Origin: the human T2T-CHM13v2.0 reference genome, Homo sapiens
Length of the DNA: 64,000 bases
Assembly (NCBI RefSeq): GCF_009914755.1
Contig: NC_060938.1
Strand: one strand, 5' to 3'
Positions 1-14,480 of the stretch are shown here, piece after piece. The notes under the pieces are model-generated. The model saw only the letters and a list, made by a program, of their open reading frames with translations. It was not told the origin of the DNA and did no database searches. Within the stretch, counting starts at the first letter, position 1. The number at the start of each line of letters is the position of its first letter. The position numbers and the translations under genes were made by a program.

Positions 1-480
1 GATGGGCGGCCAGGCAGAGACACTCCTCACTTCCCAGACGGGGTGGCGGCCGGGCAGAGGCTGCAATCTCAGCACTTTGGGAGGCCAAGGCAGGCGGCTG
101 GGAGGTGTAGGTTGTAGTGAGCTGAGATCACGCTACTGCACTCCAGCCTGGGCACCATTGAGCACTGAGTGAACCAGACTCCGTCTGCAATCCCGGCACC
201 TCGGGAGGCCGAGGCTGGCAGATCACTCGCGATTAGGAGCTGGAGACCAGCCCGGCCAACAAAGCAAAACCCCGTCTCCACCAAAACCAGTCAGGCGTGG
301 CAGCGCGTGCCTGCAATCGCAGGCACTCGGCAGGCTGAGGCAGGAGAATCAGGCAGGGAGGTTGCAGTGAGCCGAGATGGCAGCAGTACAGTCCAGCTTC
401 GGCTCCGCATGAGAGGGAGACCGTGGAAAGAGAGGGAGACCGTGGGGAGAGGGAGAGGGAGAGGGAGAGGGAGAGGGAGA
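1..480 (-). mobile_element. SVA retrotransposon 5' end: (CCCTCT)n hexamer, Alu-like region, start of VNTR; continues left of the window
   Basis: (GGGAGA)n at about 445-480, SVA-type Alu-like sequence (gggcaccattgagcactgagtg), and the SVA VNTR motif ctcctcacttcccagacgggg at the edge. Confidence 0.93.
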
Positions 481-936
481 GCTGCTTCCAGTTTTTAGTG
501 ATTATAAATAAAGCTGCTGTGAAGATTTATGTGAGTGGCATTTCTGGGTGAGAAATGGCCAATTTCTTTTCCACAACGGCTGCACCATTTTGCATTCTCA
601 CCAGCAGTAGATGAGAATTTCTCGTGCTTCACATCTGTGTCAGCATGTGGCATTGTCATTTTACTTGTGTGATTATGTTTTAGCCATTTCGTGACTGTGC
701 GATGGGATGGCATCGTGCTTTCAATCTGCACTCGCCTAATGAGAAATTATGTTGAGCGTCTTCTCATGTTCTTATCTGCCATCTGTATACCTTCTGTGGC
801 GCTCTGTTTGCGTGGCTGTGCAATGGGATGGCATTGCGTTTAATCTACACTCGCCTAACGAGAAATTACGTGGCGCGTCTTTTCATGTTCGTATCTGCCG
901 TCTGTATACCTTCTGTGACTCTGTTTCTTCAGATCT
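481..936 (-). mobile_element. Old L1 (L1M-type) fragment containing a 121-bp tandem duplication
   Basis: L1 antisense motifs ataaataaagctgctgtgaa and ttttgcattctcaccagcag; duplicated units 690-810 and 811-926. Confidence 0.7.
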
Positions 937-949
937 TTAGCCTTTTTTT

Positions 950-1572
<623 letters not shown>

Positions 1573-2092
1573 TAGCCCATTTTTAAACTGGGTTTTTTTT
1601 TTTTTATTGTTCAGTTCTGAATTCTTTATATATTCTGAATGGAAGTCCTTTATCTGATAAATGATCTGAAAATTTTCCACCAGTCTGTGGTAATTATTAT
1701 CTTTTAAATCTGCAACTTGGCCTTTTTTTGTTCATATTATTTGTGTCTTTCCTTTCTTTGCTCCTTCTTCCCAGAACTGTTGATCCATTTTGTTGGATAA
1801 TTTTTTTCGAAGAACCAATTTTTGTCTTCATTGTTCTTCTCTATTGCATCTTTGCTATTTCATTGATTTCTGATCTTATTTTTATCTCCATTTTCTCAAC
1901 TTTCTGGGCTTACACTGTTTTTGCTTTTGTTTACCTCCCAACTTCCTCTTTTTAAAATTCATTTTTTAAAATTTAAGGTATAATTTACATACAGTGCAAT
2001 TCACTCCTCTGGTATGCACAGTTCTGACTTGACACATGCGTTTAGCTCTGTAACCACCAGCACAACCGAACTGTAAAACATTTCCATCTCCT

Positions 2093-2355
2093 GGCCGGGC
2101 GCAGTGGCTCACGCCTGTAGTCCCAGCACTTTGGGAGGCCAAGGCAGGTGCATCACCTGAGGTCAGGAGTTTGAGACCAGCCTGGCCAACATGGTGAAAC
2201 CCCATCCCTACTAAAAATACAAAAATTAGCCGGGCGTGGTGACGCACGCCTGTAGTCCCAGCTACTTGGAGGCTGAGCAGGAGAATCGAAATTTCGCCAC
2301 TGCACTCCAGCCTGGGTGACAGAGTGAGACTCTGTCTCAAAAGAAAAAAAAAAAA
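2093..2355 (+). mobile_element. AluS with an internal deletion in the right arm
   Basis: ggccgggcgcagtggctcac start; gagaatcg joins almost directly to cgccactgcac; A tail. Confidence 0.9.
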
Positions 2356-2550
2356 TTGCCATCTCCCAAAAGGTTCCCTCATGCCTCTTCACAGTCAATC
2401 CTGCCCCCTAACTTTCTGAGATGGAGACAGCTTACAAACCTTAAGGTTTCTTCTTTTCACTGTAAGCATCTGTAGCAATGCTTCTGGAAGCCCCGCTTCT
2501 GTGGCCCCCCACAAGCTGGGTGTGCAATGTTTTCATGATCATCCAGTTCT

Positions 2551-2880
<330 letters not shown>

Positions 2881-2919
2881 TGATCCCTTCTTTAGCTTAT
2901 GTTATTTAGCAGTGTACAT

Positions 2920-2921
<2 letters not shown>

Positions 2922-2964
<43 letters not shown>
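2922..2964. repeat. (TG)n microsatellite, about 21 units
   Basis: Read directly from the sequence. Confidence 0.97.
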
Positions 2965-2967
<3 letters not shown>

Positions 2968-3099
2968 GTCTTGTCTATAATTTCCCCAACATTGCATATT
3001 TTTAAACATATAGCAACATGAAAAGAATCACACAGTGTAACCCCAAACACTCACCACTTGAATTCTAGTTAACAATTTACTGTACTTGTTCCTTCACAC

Positions 3100-4650
3100 A
3101 TCTCTGCATCTACCCATCCATCTCTCTATACACCCTTCCACTCCTCTATCCACCCCTTCACCCACCATCTACCCATCCATCCATCTCTATCCTTCGATCC
3201 CTCTATCCATCCATCCATCCCCCATCAACCCCCATCCCCCCCTCCAGCCATCCATCTATCCATTTCTATCCATCCTCCCCTCTATCCACCTATCCATTCC
3301 TCTATCCACCCCTCCACCCATCCCCCAGGCATCCATCCATCCACCCATCCATCCATCTCTATCCATCCTTCTATCCACCCATCCACTCCTCTCCACCCCT
3401 CCACCCATCCATCCATCTCTATCCATCCTTCTATCCACCCATCCCCTCCTCTCTCCACCCCTCCACCCACCCCTCCATCATCCATCCATCCACCCATCTC
3501 TATCCATCCTTCTATCCACCCATTCACTCCTCTCTCCACCCCTCCGCCCACCCCTCCATCATCCATCCATCCACCCATCCATCCATCTCTATCCATCCTT
3601 CTATCCACCCACCCACTCCTCTATCCACCCCTCCACCCAACCCTCCATCCTCCATCCACCCATCTCTCTATCCACACATCCATCAATCCCTCTATCTGCC
3701 CTTCCACTCCTCTATTCACCCCTCCACTCACCCCTCCATCCATCCACCCACCACTCTATCCACCCAACCGCTTCTCTATCCACCCCTCTACCCACCCCTC
3801 CATCCTCCATCCACCCGTCTATCCACCCATCTATCCCTCTATCTGCCCTTCCACTCCTCTATCCACCCCTCCACCCACCCCTCCATCCATCCACCCACCA
3901 CTCTATGCACCCATCCACTTCTCTATCCACCCCTCCACCCACCCCTCCATCTTCCATCCACCATCTCTCTATCCACACATCCATCTATCCCTCTATCTGC
4001 CCTTCCACTCCTCTATCCACCCCTCCACCCACCCCTCCATCCATCCACCCACCACTCTATCCACCCATCCACTTCTCTATCCACTCCTCCACCCACCCCC
4101 CAGGCATCCATCCATCCACCCAACCAACCATCTCCATCCACCACTCTATCCACCCATCCACTCCTCTATCCACCCATCCACCCACCCCTCCATCCTCCCT
4201 CCACCCATCCATTCCTCTATCCACCCCTCCACCCTCCATCCACCCATCTCTCTATCCACCCATCCATCTATCTATCTGCCCTTCCACTCCTCTATTCACC
4301 ATCCACCCATCCATCTCTATCCATTCATCCCTGTATCCACCCACCCACTCCTCTATTCATCCATCCATCCATCCTTCTATCCATTCCTGTATCCACCTCT
4401 CCATCCATCCATTTATCCACCCACCCATCCCTCTATCCATCTTTCCATTCCTCTATCTACCCCCATCCATCCATCCATCCTTCCACCCATCCACCCACCC
4501 ATCCCTCTATCCAGCCTTCCACTCCTCTATCCACCCCTCCATACATCCAGCTCTATCCATCCATTCCTCTATCCATTTGTCCATCTTTTCATACATCCAT
4601 ATATCCATCCCTCTATCCATCCACTCACCACTGTATCCATCCACCTCTCC
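3100..4650. repeat. (CCAT/CTAT/CCAC)n low-complexity tract, nearly G-free on plus
   Basis: About 1.5 kb of ccatccatc/ctctatcc/ccaccc motifs with higher-order sub-units. Confidence 0.95.
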
Positions 4651-6114
4651 TCCCTTTGTTTTCCCTACAAGCCCCACGTCCTGGGGGGCTGACTCCAACT
4701 GGGGGTGCTGCTTCCAAGCCTCATGCCTTAGTGAATTGGAGACCAGCAGAGAAAGGCCTGACAGCCAGACCTAAGGGCTGCCACAGATTGCTGGTGCAGC
4801 CCACCCCCACATCCATCCACCACAGGCTGAGGACAGGGATGTCATCCTCTCCATGGGCACAGGGCTCCTCCCAGGAGCCAGCAGAGGCCAGGCTTTTCTT
4901 TGGACTGTGCAGAGTGTGCACTCCCAGGCCTGCTGAGTGACCCTTTTCCACGCAGATTCAGAGAGGGCTCACAGAGGCAGACGTCAAAGCCCAGCTTTGC
5001 AGGGTGAGTGGAGGGAGAGCTTGGAGAGGCTGAGCCCTCGATAGCTGGAACCAGAGGGGAGTGAGGGCAGGCCTTGGACATCCTTTTGTCAAAGTATACA
5101 TTTTGGGTTTGGCTATGTCTAAGTTACTCTGTAATAAAAGTCATTTATTCTGCCCAGAGGTCTGTGGCAGTTCTGCCATCAAGTGATGGTGAGTCTCAGG
5201 ACAGGGAGGACACAACACATCCCACCTGTCCAGTGAAGTGATGCTCAGTGGCCGGTCCCAGGGCTGGGCTTGGACGGGAGAGTGGGGACGCTTTGTCCAC
5301 TAATCACTTTCTAAGTCACCACAGCCTTGGGACAGCCATACCTTGTGGTCTCTAGGGATCCTGGTGTTCTGGCCTGAGGTCTGAGGTCAAACAAGGTCTG
5401 TGCTCTCACACCAACCCTCCACTGGCAAGCAGGACCCAGGGAGGGGGTCAGGAGGCAGCTGGGTGCTCCCCTGGGACACAGGCCTGCCCTCTGCCTTCAC
5501 TTCCCACAGCTGCCCAAGCCCATCATGTTCTGGGCCTCACCCTTCCACATCTGGGACCCTGAACAGCCGCCTGTGAACACCGACAGGAAGAACAGGGGAG
5601 CGTCCAGCATTGAGGCACGCGAAGAGCCCTGACCCCTGGCCCTTCCCTCCAGCTACCTGGGACAGCCTGAAACCAGCCTGAACCCAGCGAGGGAAGTCTC
5701 GGACCCTGGAGACGACCTTGTGTTCTCCCTGCGCGATGGTGAAACTCCAGGCACTGCCACAGCTTGGGAGAGGGGGTCCAGCCAGCCCTGCTCCTCCCTC
5801 CATGGAGCTGGCCCTGGGAGGGCAGACAGCTGGTAGTGCCCACTGCACTGGAGGCAGCAGCCCCTCAGACTCTGTGCCTGCAGCCCAGCCTTGGGAAACA
5901 GCATACTGGGCATGGGGCAGAGGCCCATTCAGTTCCCCGGACACTGAATAACTAATGACCCAGGCTCAGCCATTCATTAGAAATTTTCTTGATTCAGAGA
6001 AACCCCCATCACCCTCAGCCGGAAAATCTCTTGGTCCCCTGGTCACAGTGATTGAAGTACCCCCGACCACAACCACACAACAGGGAGTGATGTGGGGGAG
6101 TCCTGGGCTTCTAG

Positions 6115-6990
<876 letters not shown>

Positions 6991-7289
6991 CCACCTCCCA
7001 TTTTCTTAGAAGAAACTGAGACACAAAGAGCCTGAGAAAGTTGCTTAAGGTCACACAGCCCATCAGAGGCAGGGTGCAGGGTGAGGCACAGGGACCAGAA
7101 ACTTCTTCCACCTGATATCTCTGAGACAGCGGCCTCCCTGTTCCCCTCTTGCCACAGTCTCTCCAGGATAAGGTGAGGGTGTCAGGGGCCTGGGTCCCCA
7201 CTTGCGACCCCACCGGGCTGCTCCTGGGACGGGCTGTGCAGGCCAGGAGACTGGCGGACCTAAGAAACTGAGACGTGTTTCTCAGCTCC

Positions 7290-8830
7290 CCCAACCACGT
7301 CCCCAGCCCCGCCGGTCCCGGAGCTGCCCTGCCGCCTGGTGGCTGCGGCTGCGCTGCGCCCGACCGGCCCGCGCTCCAGGGCATCCGACCTCCAGTTCCC
7401 CCGCCCGCGCCCGGGAGTGCGCCGAGAGCAGCAGAGGTCGAGACAGCAGCCCGGAGGTGGTGTTACTCGCAACCTCGGCTCCTGCGCTCGGGGCCGCTTC
7501 TCTCCTGGGTGCAGTCAGCTCTGCGTGGGGACCCTCAGCACGCCGTCCACGGACACGGCTCCCTCGGCCACAGTCTCCTCCCCGCCATCAGACGCACTGC
7601 AGACCTGGGGCCTTTGTTTCCCAGGCAGGGAAATGGGCGTGCTGCGCCCACGGGCGCAGGGAGGACGGGGGAGCCCGCCCTGGGGGCCTGGAGGATTCGC
7701 GTGGCCTCCGCGGTCCAGAAGTACCCCTCTCCCCTAGCGATCCCCAGGATTCTCTTCCCCAGTTCCCTCCCTGGTCTAGAACCGAGACTCACAGCTCCCC
7801 ACCCCTCGGTCCCGAGTTCCCTGTCCCCTCCCCCCAGGCCGGGAACCACCCAGTCCCCTCCGCGCCTCCCCAACCCCCAGCCCAGAGCATTCCTGCCCGC
7901 ACCGTACCCTTCAATCTCCGCCCCCGGCCAGGAGCCTCCCTGGCCCTTCCCGCCCGGCGGGGCAGGCTCCGGGCAGGCGGGCAGCCTCGCGGCGGCGGCA
8001 TCCGCGCCCACCTTCATGCCGCCGCAGGCTGGAGCGCGCCTGGGCCTGTCGAGGCCGCTGGCGGAGCAGCGGCGGGGCGGGCGGGGAGGCTGCGTCTGCG
8101 CGGCCCGGAGGAGCCCCCGCAGAGGCTGGAGCGAGCCCAGGCAGGCTGGGGCGCTGGCGCGGGGCGAGCTGGCGGGGGCGGGAGAGCTGGCCCAGCGCTG
8201 GGTTTCCTGGGTCCCAGCACGCACGCGCGCCTTAGTGGGGCGCCGGCCCGCTTCCCAGGCAGATCGCCCTTGGCCTCGCCTCTGGCTCTTTTATTTGCAC
8301 AATCACCCCGAGGTGGGTGATGCTATTGTTCCCACTTTTCAGATTCGAAAGTCGAGACACAACTGGAATTCGTATCCAGGTTCCAGACACCGCCCGTCCT
8401 CGGGCAGAGGTTTGCGCAGAAACAAGCATCATTCCTGACCTTAGGGACCTCACCGAGCCTGCCTGCGGGCAGGGCAGGGAGGTGCTGAGAATTCGGGTGC
8501 ACGTGCCAGCACCCGGGGCCCCAGAGCTCCCCTCCCCATGAAGCCCTCCCTCAGCCCCCTCCCTGGAGAAATGGCGAGCCATCTGGAAGAAGGTCGAGAG
8601 GGGACCCGCTCCCGCCAGGACCTCTCTTCTGGGAGTGGAGGAGTGGGCGGAGGAGAAGGGTTCCTGAGTCCCCAACCCGGTCCCAGGCCCTGGGAGCCGC
8701 CCCTCGCCCCCTCGGGAATCTAGTTCTCTTTGCCAAACCGCCAGCCCGGGCGGAGGGCTGGGGGCGGGGGCGAAGCCGAGCGCGCTGACACACGCGCCTG
8801 GAATTCCCAGGAGAGCCGGCCGCGGCCTGT
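7290..8830. promoter_or_regulatory. CpG island 1 (no coding gene attached)
   Basis: Very high GC and dense CpG; GC boxes (ggggcggg at about 8075 and 8760). Confidence 0.75.
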
Positions 8831-11060
8831 GACCTCTTCTGCTCTTGGCCGGCCCCAGCCAGCGGGGCCGAGGGGAGGACAGGCTCCCTCCACGGGGGTG
8901 GGGCGCACACCCACCTCGTTCCTCCTGCTGGAGCCCGCCCTGTCCGTGTCCCTCCCCCTCCCAGGCAGCCTGCCTGGAGGTAGCAGTACCCTCTGTGCTC
9001 CGGACCCAGGCAGATGTGAACTCCCCTCACTCCACAACCACCAGAGACAGCCCGGGGCAGACCCTGTCCAGCTCCTGCCCCAGGGCCTTGAGCACATTAC
9101 CAAATGCTCTGTGCCTGTTTCCCCATCTCTGCAAAGGGTGCTAACGGCCATCTCAGAATGGCTCGTTGAGATTCAAAGTGTCTTGTAAATGGTTGTTACA
9201 ATTGCATGGAAGGTAAACTGAGGCCCAGAGGCCCCAACACCACAGAGCCACGTCTACTCACCAGCCCCCAGCCCCCACCACTCCCCGCACAGTGTCCTCC
9301 ATCATGCTGTGGGTTTTGGAGGTGCAGAGGGCACCCAGCTGGGAGCTCGAGGCAGGCTGAGCTGTACACAGTGGTGTGAATGGGCGTGCATGTCATGCAA
9401 GGCAGTGTGCTGTGTGCCCTCCACGTGTGAAGGTGTGTGCCTGTGTGTGAGTGCTGGTGTGAACATGTGTGTGTACCCTGTGCTCATGCAAGTGTGCATC
9501 GTGTGTATGCTGGAAGCAGTGTGTGCGCGCACGCATACTCTGGGCAATCCACTCCTCGGGTGTGGTGTTGTGTAAACAGTGGAGGTCTCAGATGCCAGTC
9601 CCTGGGGACACTGGGCCCCCGCCCCAGGTTTGGCTGGCCCAGCTTGTCCCCTCCCCTGATCAGCCCTTGCCAAGGAGTGCTTTGCCATCTGGGGGCTAGA
9701 GGGAGTTGTGGTGGGTTCAGCGCCCTGCAAGGGCAGGCCTGTGCCCTGAGAGCAGATGGTCCCCGGCTTACCCTCCAGGCCAAGAAGTCCCCCAGCTCAG
9801 GTGACAGCAGAGCCCAGGAAGGAGGGCCAGCCAGGTCAGCCAACCCCAGGGAACCCCCCACCCCGACGGCGCTGGGCACTCAGGATGGGGGACTCCGCAG
9901 AAGCCTTAAGGACTGACAGTCCAGGGAGCTGGGGTCCTGCCGTGCAGACACACTGGGGGACCCAGGTCTGCAGGGACTCGCTGCAGAACCAGGAGTCCCA
10001 GGGCACACGAGCCTCCCTGCCCAGGTTGCTGGCAAGCCCCTGGGGTGAGTGGGGGCCCAGCTGCCCCGCCCTGAGCAGGCTCAAGCCCGCTTCCCAGATC
10101 CCCCCTGAACCCACTGCCCGCGAAGCAGGGTAGGAGATGGAGCAGGGGACCACAAACTCACAAACTGAGACCTGTCCCTTCACCCTGGGCCCAGAGACCA
10201 GGCAGACCACTTCCCACCCAGACCCAGAGCCCAGAGGGGTCTCATGGGCTGGCCCACCCCACCACATCCCCGTATGGCCTCCGCCCTGACAGCTCCCGAA
10301 GGCCAGGGATGCTCCCTCCCCTGGTGTGGGGGGCTGGGATGGGTGAGCCAGGGCCCCCACCCACCCCTAGCCTTGTCGCTCCTGCCGCAGGTTCCTCAGC
10401 ACCTGCCCATCACAGCCTGCTGACTGACAAGGACCCCATGCTGCAGGAGGCAAGCTGGGGCCCAGGAGGGACCGCAGCCCCGGGAGGCTCCTCATTCATT
10501 CACATCTCCACCAAAGAAGCCCCACGGCTGCCCAGTGCCAGACCTGGCCTGATGCCTGGATGGCTGCCACTGGGATGATCAGGGTCAAGTAGTGTGGGCC
10601 TTTGAGCATCCTGGAGAGGGCGGGGAGGCCTCTAGAGGCACCCAGGGTGCAGGTCTGAAGAGGGATGGGCTCAGCTGGCCAACACACGGACACCTTGGGC
10701 CTGGCCTCCACTTCTCCCAGCCTGGCTGCCCACACTCCCCACCCTAGCAGCGGGCAGTGTCTGGCGCACCAGTCCTGCTCCCCCTGCTGCCATCCTCCGG
10801 GGGATGGTGTCCTTGGGCCCTAATGGGCTTCAACTGCCCATGGAAGCCCTGCCAAGGTCCCGACTTGCAGCCTCCTGGCGGGACCAATGTCCTCTCCAGG
10901 CCCTTCCTGCATGGACCAGCCCCCAGGGGCATTGCTCCAAGCCAGCAGCCCCTCTGCCCTGGCCTGCAGCCCTCCCAGCGCCTGCTCCAGGCTTGACCTC
11001 TCCCTCACCTTCTCCTCCTTCAGCTCCTATCACCCAAGGGCACAGAAAGGCACTGTCGCA

Positions 11061-11074
11061 CCACCAGGGGGCGC
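11061..11074 (+). promoter_or_regulatory. CTCF consensus core CCACCAGGGGGCGC
   Basis: Exact match to the canonical CTCF core motif; binding is not shown by sequence alone. Confidence 0.7.
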
Positions 11075-13169
11075 CCTGCCTCAGGGGCGGGCTTAGGACA
11101 CAGCAGTGCTGCTTATCTGGGAGCCCAGGGGCTGGGGACAGAAGAGGCTAACTGACCTCTGGCTGGTACCTTCCGGGCTTCAGGACAACTCAGCCAGGTG
11201 GTCACTGTGGGCCCACTCCCCAGATGAGGAAACAGGCCAGAGAGGAGGATGCCACCGGCCCTGGCTCTTGGGAGTGGGAGGTCTGTGTCTCCAGGATTCC
11301 TCCAAGCCACCAATTTGGGAAAGTCATCTGACCTCTCTGGGCTTCCGTTTCCCCACCTGTACAGTGGGGGTGGGAAGGCATCACTGCTGGGGCTGAGCAT
11401 GGGACTACAGGACAGAGCTTGGGGCCCTGGCTCCAGCAGGCTGGTCTCCAGCCCCTGGGAGCAGGGACCCACCCCACCCAGCACAGGTGCCTAAAGGCTG
11501 TTGTCTCCGCCAGCAGGTGACCCTGCACCCATGGGTGGGGGTCCACAGGGCCAACTCAGCCCTGCACCTGCCAGCTGAGGACAAACTCTCCTGGGGAGCT
11601 TTTGGGCTGTGGCCAGAACAAGCGAGGCTGCCTTTGAGCGGCTGCCTTTCTGCTTTCTGCTGTGTGCGTGTGTGAGCATATCTGTGTGTGCCAGGGGCCT
11701 GGGCTCGGTGTGACCCCTAGCAGGGATGCCCCAGCTGTCAACACCCTCTCCCTCCTGTGGTCCCCACTGGCCCCAGATGGAGGCCGAGTCCCCCAGCCCA
11801 GAGCGCCCCGGGGGTCGGGAGTGCCCACTGCTTTGAGCCACAGAAACCCAGGCCCCAACCTCCTCAGGACCCCCAGGCCTCCTGGGCCACCAGGATGCAA
11901 ACCCCACCTCCAGGCAAGGTGGAAGCCCATTTGGCAGCTGAGGCCCTGGTGCCTGAGGCCATCAAGGGAGGTCAGAAGGGACAAAGGCCACGGCTCGGCC
12001 GAGAGGAGGGTGCCGTCCGCTCTGCTCAGGCACTGGGCCGGGTGCCAGCAGCACCACGTTCCCACGCTCTATGGTGCCAATCTTGGCACCCCAGCCCTGC
12101 CCCACCCTTGCCTTGCAGGGACCAGGGCACCGGGAATGTGGCTGTGGATTCCGCCCCCTGGGGCCACGGATTCCTGTCTCAGTGGGCGGGGGTGGAGGAC
12201 GGCTTTCCACCCTTTGATCCTTGCCAGTTCCAGGGAGCGAGGCCACGCCCAGGCCCTGCCAGCCAGGCCACAGGGGAGGCCAGGAGGCAGGCCCAGGCGA
12301 GACAGAGCTGACTCCCTCAGCTCAGGAACCCCAGCTCCCAGGGCCTGGGCCTGCTCCCCAGGTGCCCCAGAAGCTCCTGCCTCACCTCTTGCCAGCTGGG
12401 CACGGGGCCTGGTGCCCAGACTAATCGGGCAGAGACCAGCACTGGGCAATGGCCCAGTCCCCACCTTCAGCCTGTGATGGCCACAGCAACCCCTTCCCTC
12501 ACCTCCCCAGTCTGCCACAGGGCACAGAGTCCCAGCCCCTCTCCGCCAGCCTGGCCTCACATGCTCACCCTCCTGCCCTAGCACCCCCCATTCGGCAGCC
12601 ACAACTGCCCCACCCAGAGACTCCTGGGCGCCTGGTGCTGTTCAGGACACTGGCCTGCTCAGCATCAAGACAGATCCCAGAATGTCCTGGGCTTCTGACC
12701 ACAAAGGAGCCAGCATAGGCTAAAGCCTGGCACGCGGCTCAGAACCCTCAACCCTATGTGCTTGTTTCCTGCTCCCCCAGCCTCTGGAGCCGGCTGACAG
12801 CTACCCCCTCAGTACACCTTCATGCGTCCCCGACCCCTGTTCAAGCACCACTGAGCACCCCAACCAGTGGACAAGGGGACAAGGGGTCCCACAGGAAACA
12901 GGACCACCCTCTGAGCCTGGGGGAGGGGAGAGCAATCTCAAAATCCCACGTGGGAGGGGCCCAGGGCCAGGAGTCCAGATAAAGGAGGGGCCCAAGGAAG
13001 GGTCTCGCCCGGGCTCCTGAGAGGCAGGAGGATGGCTCCACTCTGCCAGCCGTCCTGATCTGCTAAGTGGAAATTACAGTCATTAGCGTCCCCTCCCAGA
13101 GGCCCGTGGTGCCCTGTGGGCCTGGAACTTGCCCCACCCCCTCTGCCACATATGGCCCAGGGAGAAGGC

Positions 13170-14480
13170 GCTAAAGGTGAGCGCCGGCTGCAGGGCGGAG
13201 GACTCTGGCCTCTGCGGGGCCGAGCCACGGAGCCACCTGGCTTGCGGGGATCCCTGGGACCCAGCCTTGTTCTACTGCCCACTTGACGCGGCGGGCACCC
13301 TCCTTCCTGGTGGGTCCTTACTCCCAACCCTGGCCTGGCCATGGGATTGCCAGGGTCTGGTGGGGGGGGGTCCCTTTCCAATGGGGCGCCTTCCTATGCA
13401 GACAGAGGAGAGGGGAGTGGTCAGGCTGGGTCCTCAAGGTGCCCAGACAGGGGTGCGAGGAGGCAAGTGCTCACCGGAGCAGCCAGGAACGCTCCCTGGA
13501 GGAGGGGGCCCGGAAGCTCCCTGGCTGCAAGAGTGGATTCCTGAGCAAAAGCTCCGCGGGTGGAGAAAGAGAGTATGGCGGGGGCCACGGGGGTCCGAGT
13601 CCCGACACGCGGCTGCGCACTCGCTCCCCTGCACCGCGGGCGGGGCTGGGGCCGGAAACGCGCGCGGCGGCCTCGGATTCCTGCGCGGTGGGACAAGCCC
13701 GCGCCTGCGCGCCGCCCGGACAGGGCACGTCGCCCGCGAGGGGGGTGGCGGGCCCAGGAGGAGGGGACCCCGACAGCCCCTCACCGCCTGCCGGGGCGGG
13801 CCGCCACGCTGGACGGGGGCAGCGCGGGGCGGGGTCGGGGGGCGGCAGAAGGCGCCTTTGTGCGTCGCGTCCCCGAGCGTGTCGCGGCGGGCCCGGCACC
13901 GGCCCCGCTCCAGCGCCCGCCCCCGGCCCGCGCCCCGGGCCCCGCGCGCATACCTGGCGAGGCCACGAGGGGATTCTGCGGGCCGAGCCCCGCCTGGGCT
14001 GCGCCGCCGCAGGCGGGAGAGGCTGAGGATTCTTTTGGGAAGCCCCTCCGCCGGCTGTAACCCCAGGGCCGTGCCACCCTCCTGATCACCGCAAGCATGG
14101 ACCCCCCAGCACGCTGCGGGTGGGACAGGCAGGGCCCCTGTGGGGTGGCTTGGCTGGCCTGGAGTTGGGGACGAAGTCCCCGGGCTTGGTCCCCCGAGGG
14201 CTTGGTTGGGCGTCCCGGGGTAGGTGGCTGCCGCGGCGATGTGGGCGGCTTGCGTGTGGCCGATCGGGGTCGCTGCTGAGCCCCGGAGAGCGGAGGGTCC
14301 AGGCTAGGCTGGGGGAGCGAGAGGCGAGGGCGGAGCCGCGGAGGTGTGGGCGGCTTTCGTGGTCCGAGAGGCCCCAGGTTCCCGGCAGGGCGGGGAAGGC
14401 TGGGGCGGGGCCAGAGCCGGAGCCGCGAAGCCGCGATGGAGAGGGCCTGGAGGGTGCGCCAGGAGCCGGCGTCAGGGCCT
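13170..14480. promoter_or_regulatory. CpG island 2, candidate promoter of a non-coding transcript
   Basis: Dense CpG, multiple GC boxes, no supportable CDS. Confidence 0.75.

Noticed and set aside
3086-4774. 562-aa Pro/Ser/His/Ile-rich ORF
   Set aside because: Product of a G-depleted simple repeat that rarely forms stop codons; non-ATG start, no domain.
5490-5760. Strong-looking plus-strand acceptor (ttcacttcccacag) followed by exon-like sequence
   Set aside because: All three frames stop within about 105 nt and no partner exon is identifiable.
7202-8438. Overlapping 372-aa and 387-aa ORFs, and the similar 318/247/242-aa ORFs at 13.1-14.5 kb
   Set aside because: CpG-island composition opens several frames on both strands; Arg/Pro/Gly/Ala low complexity with no recognisable protein.
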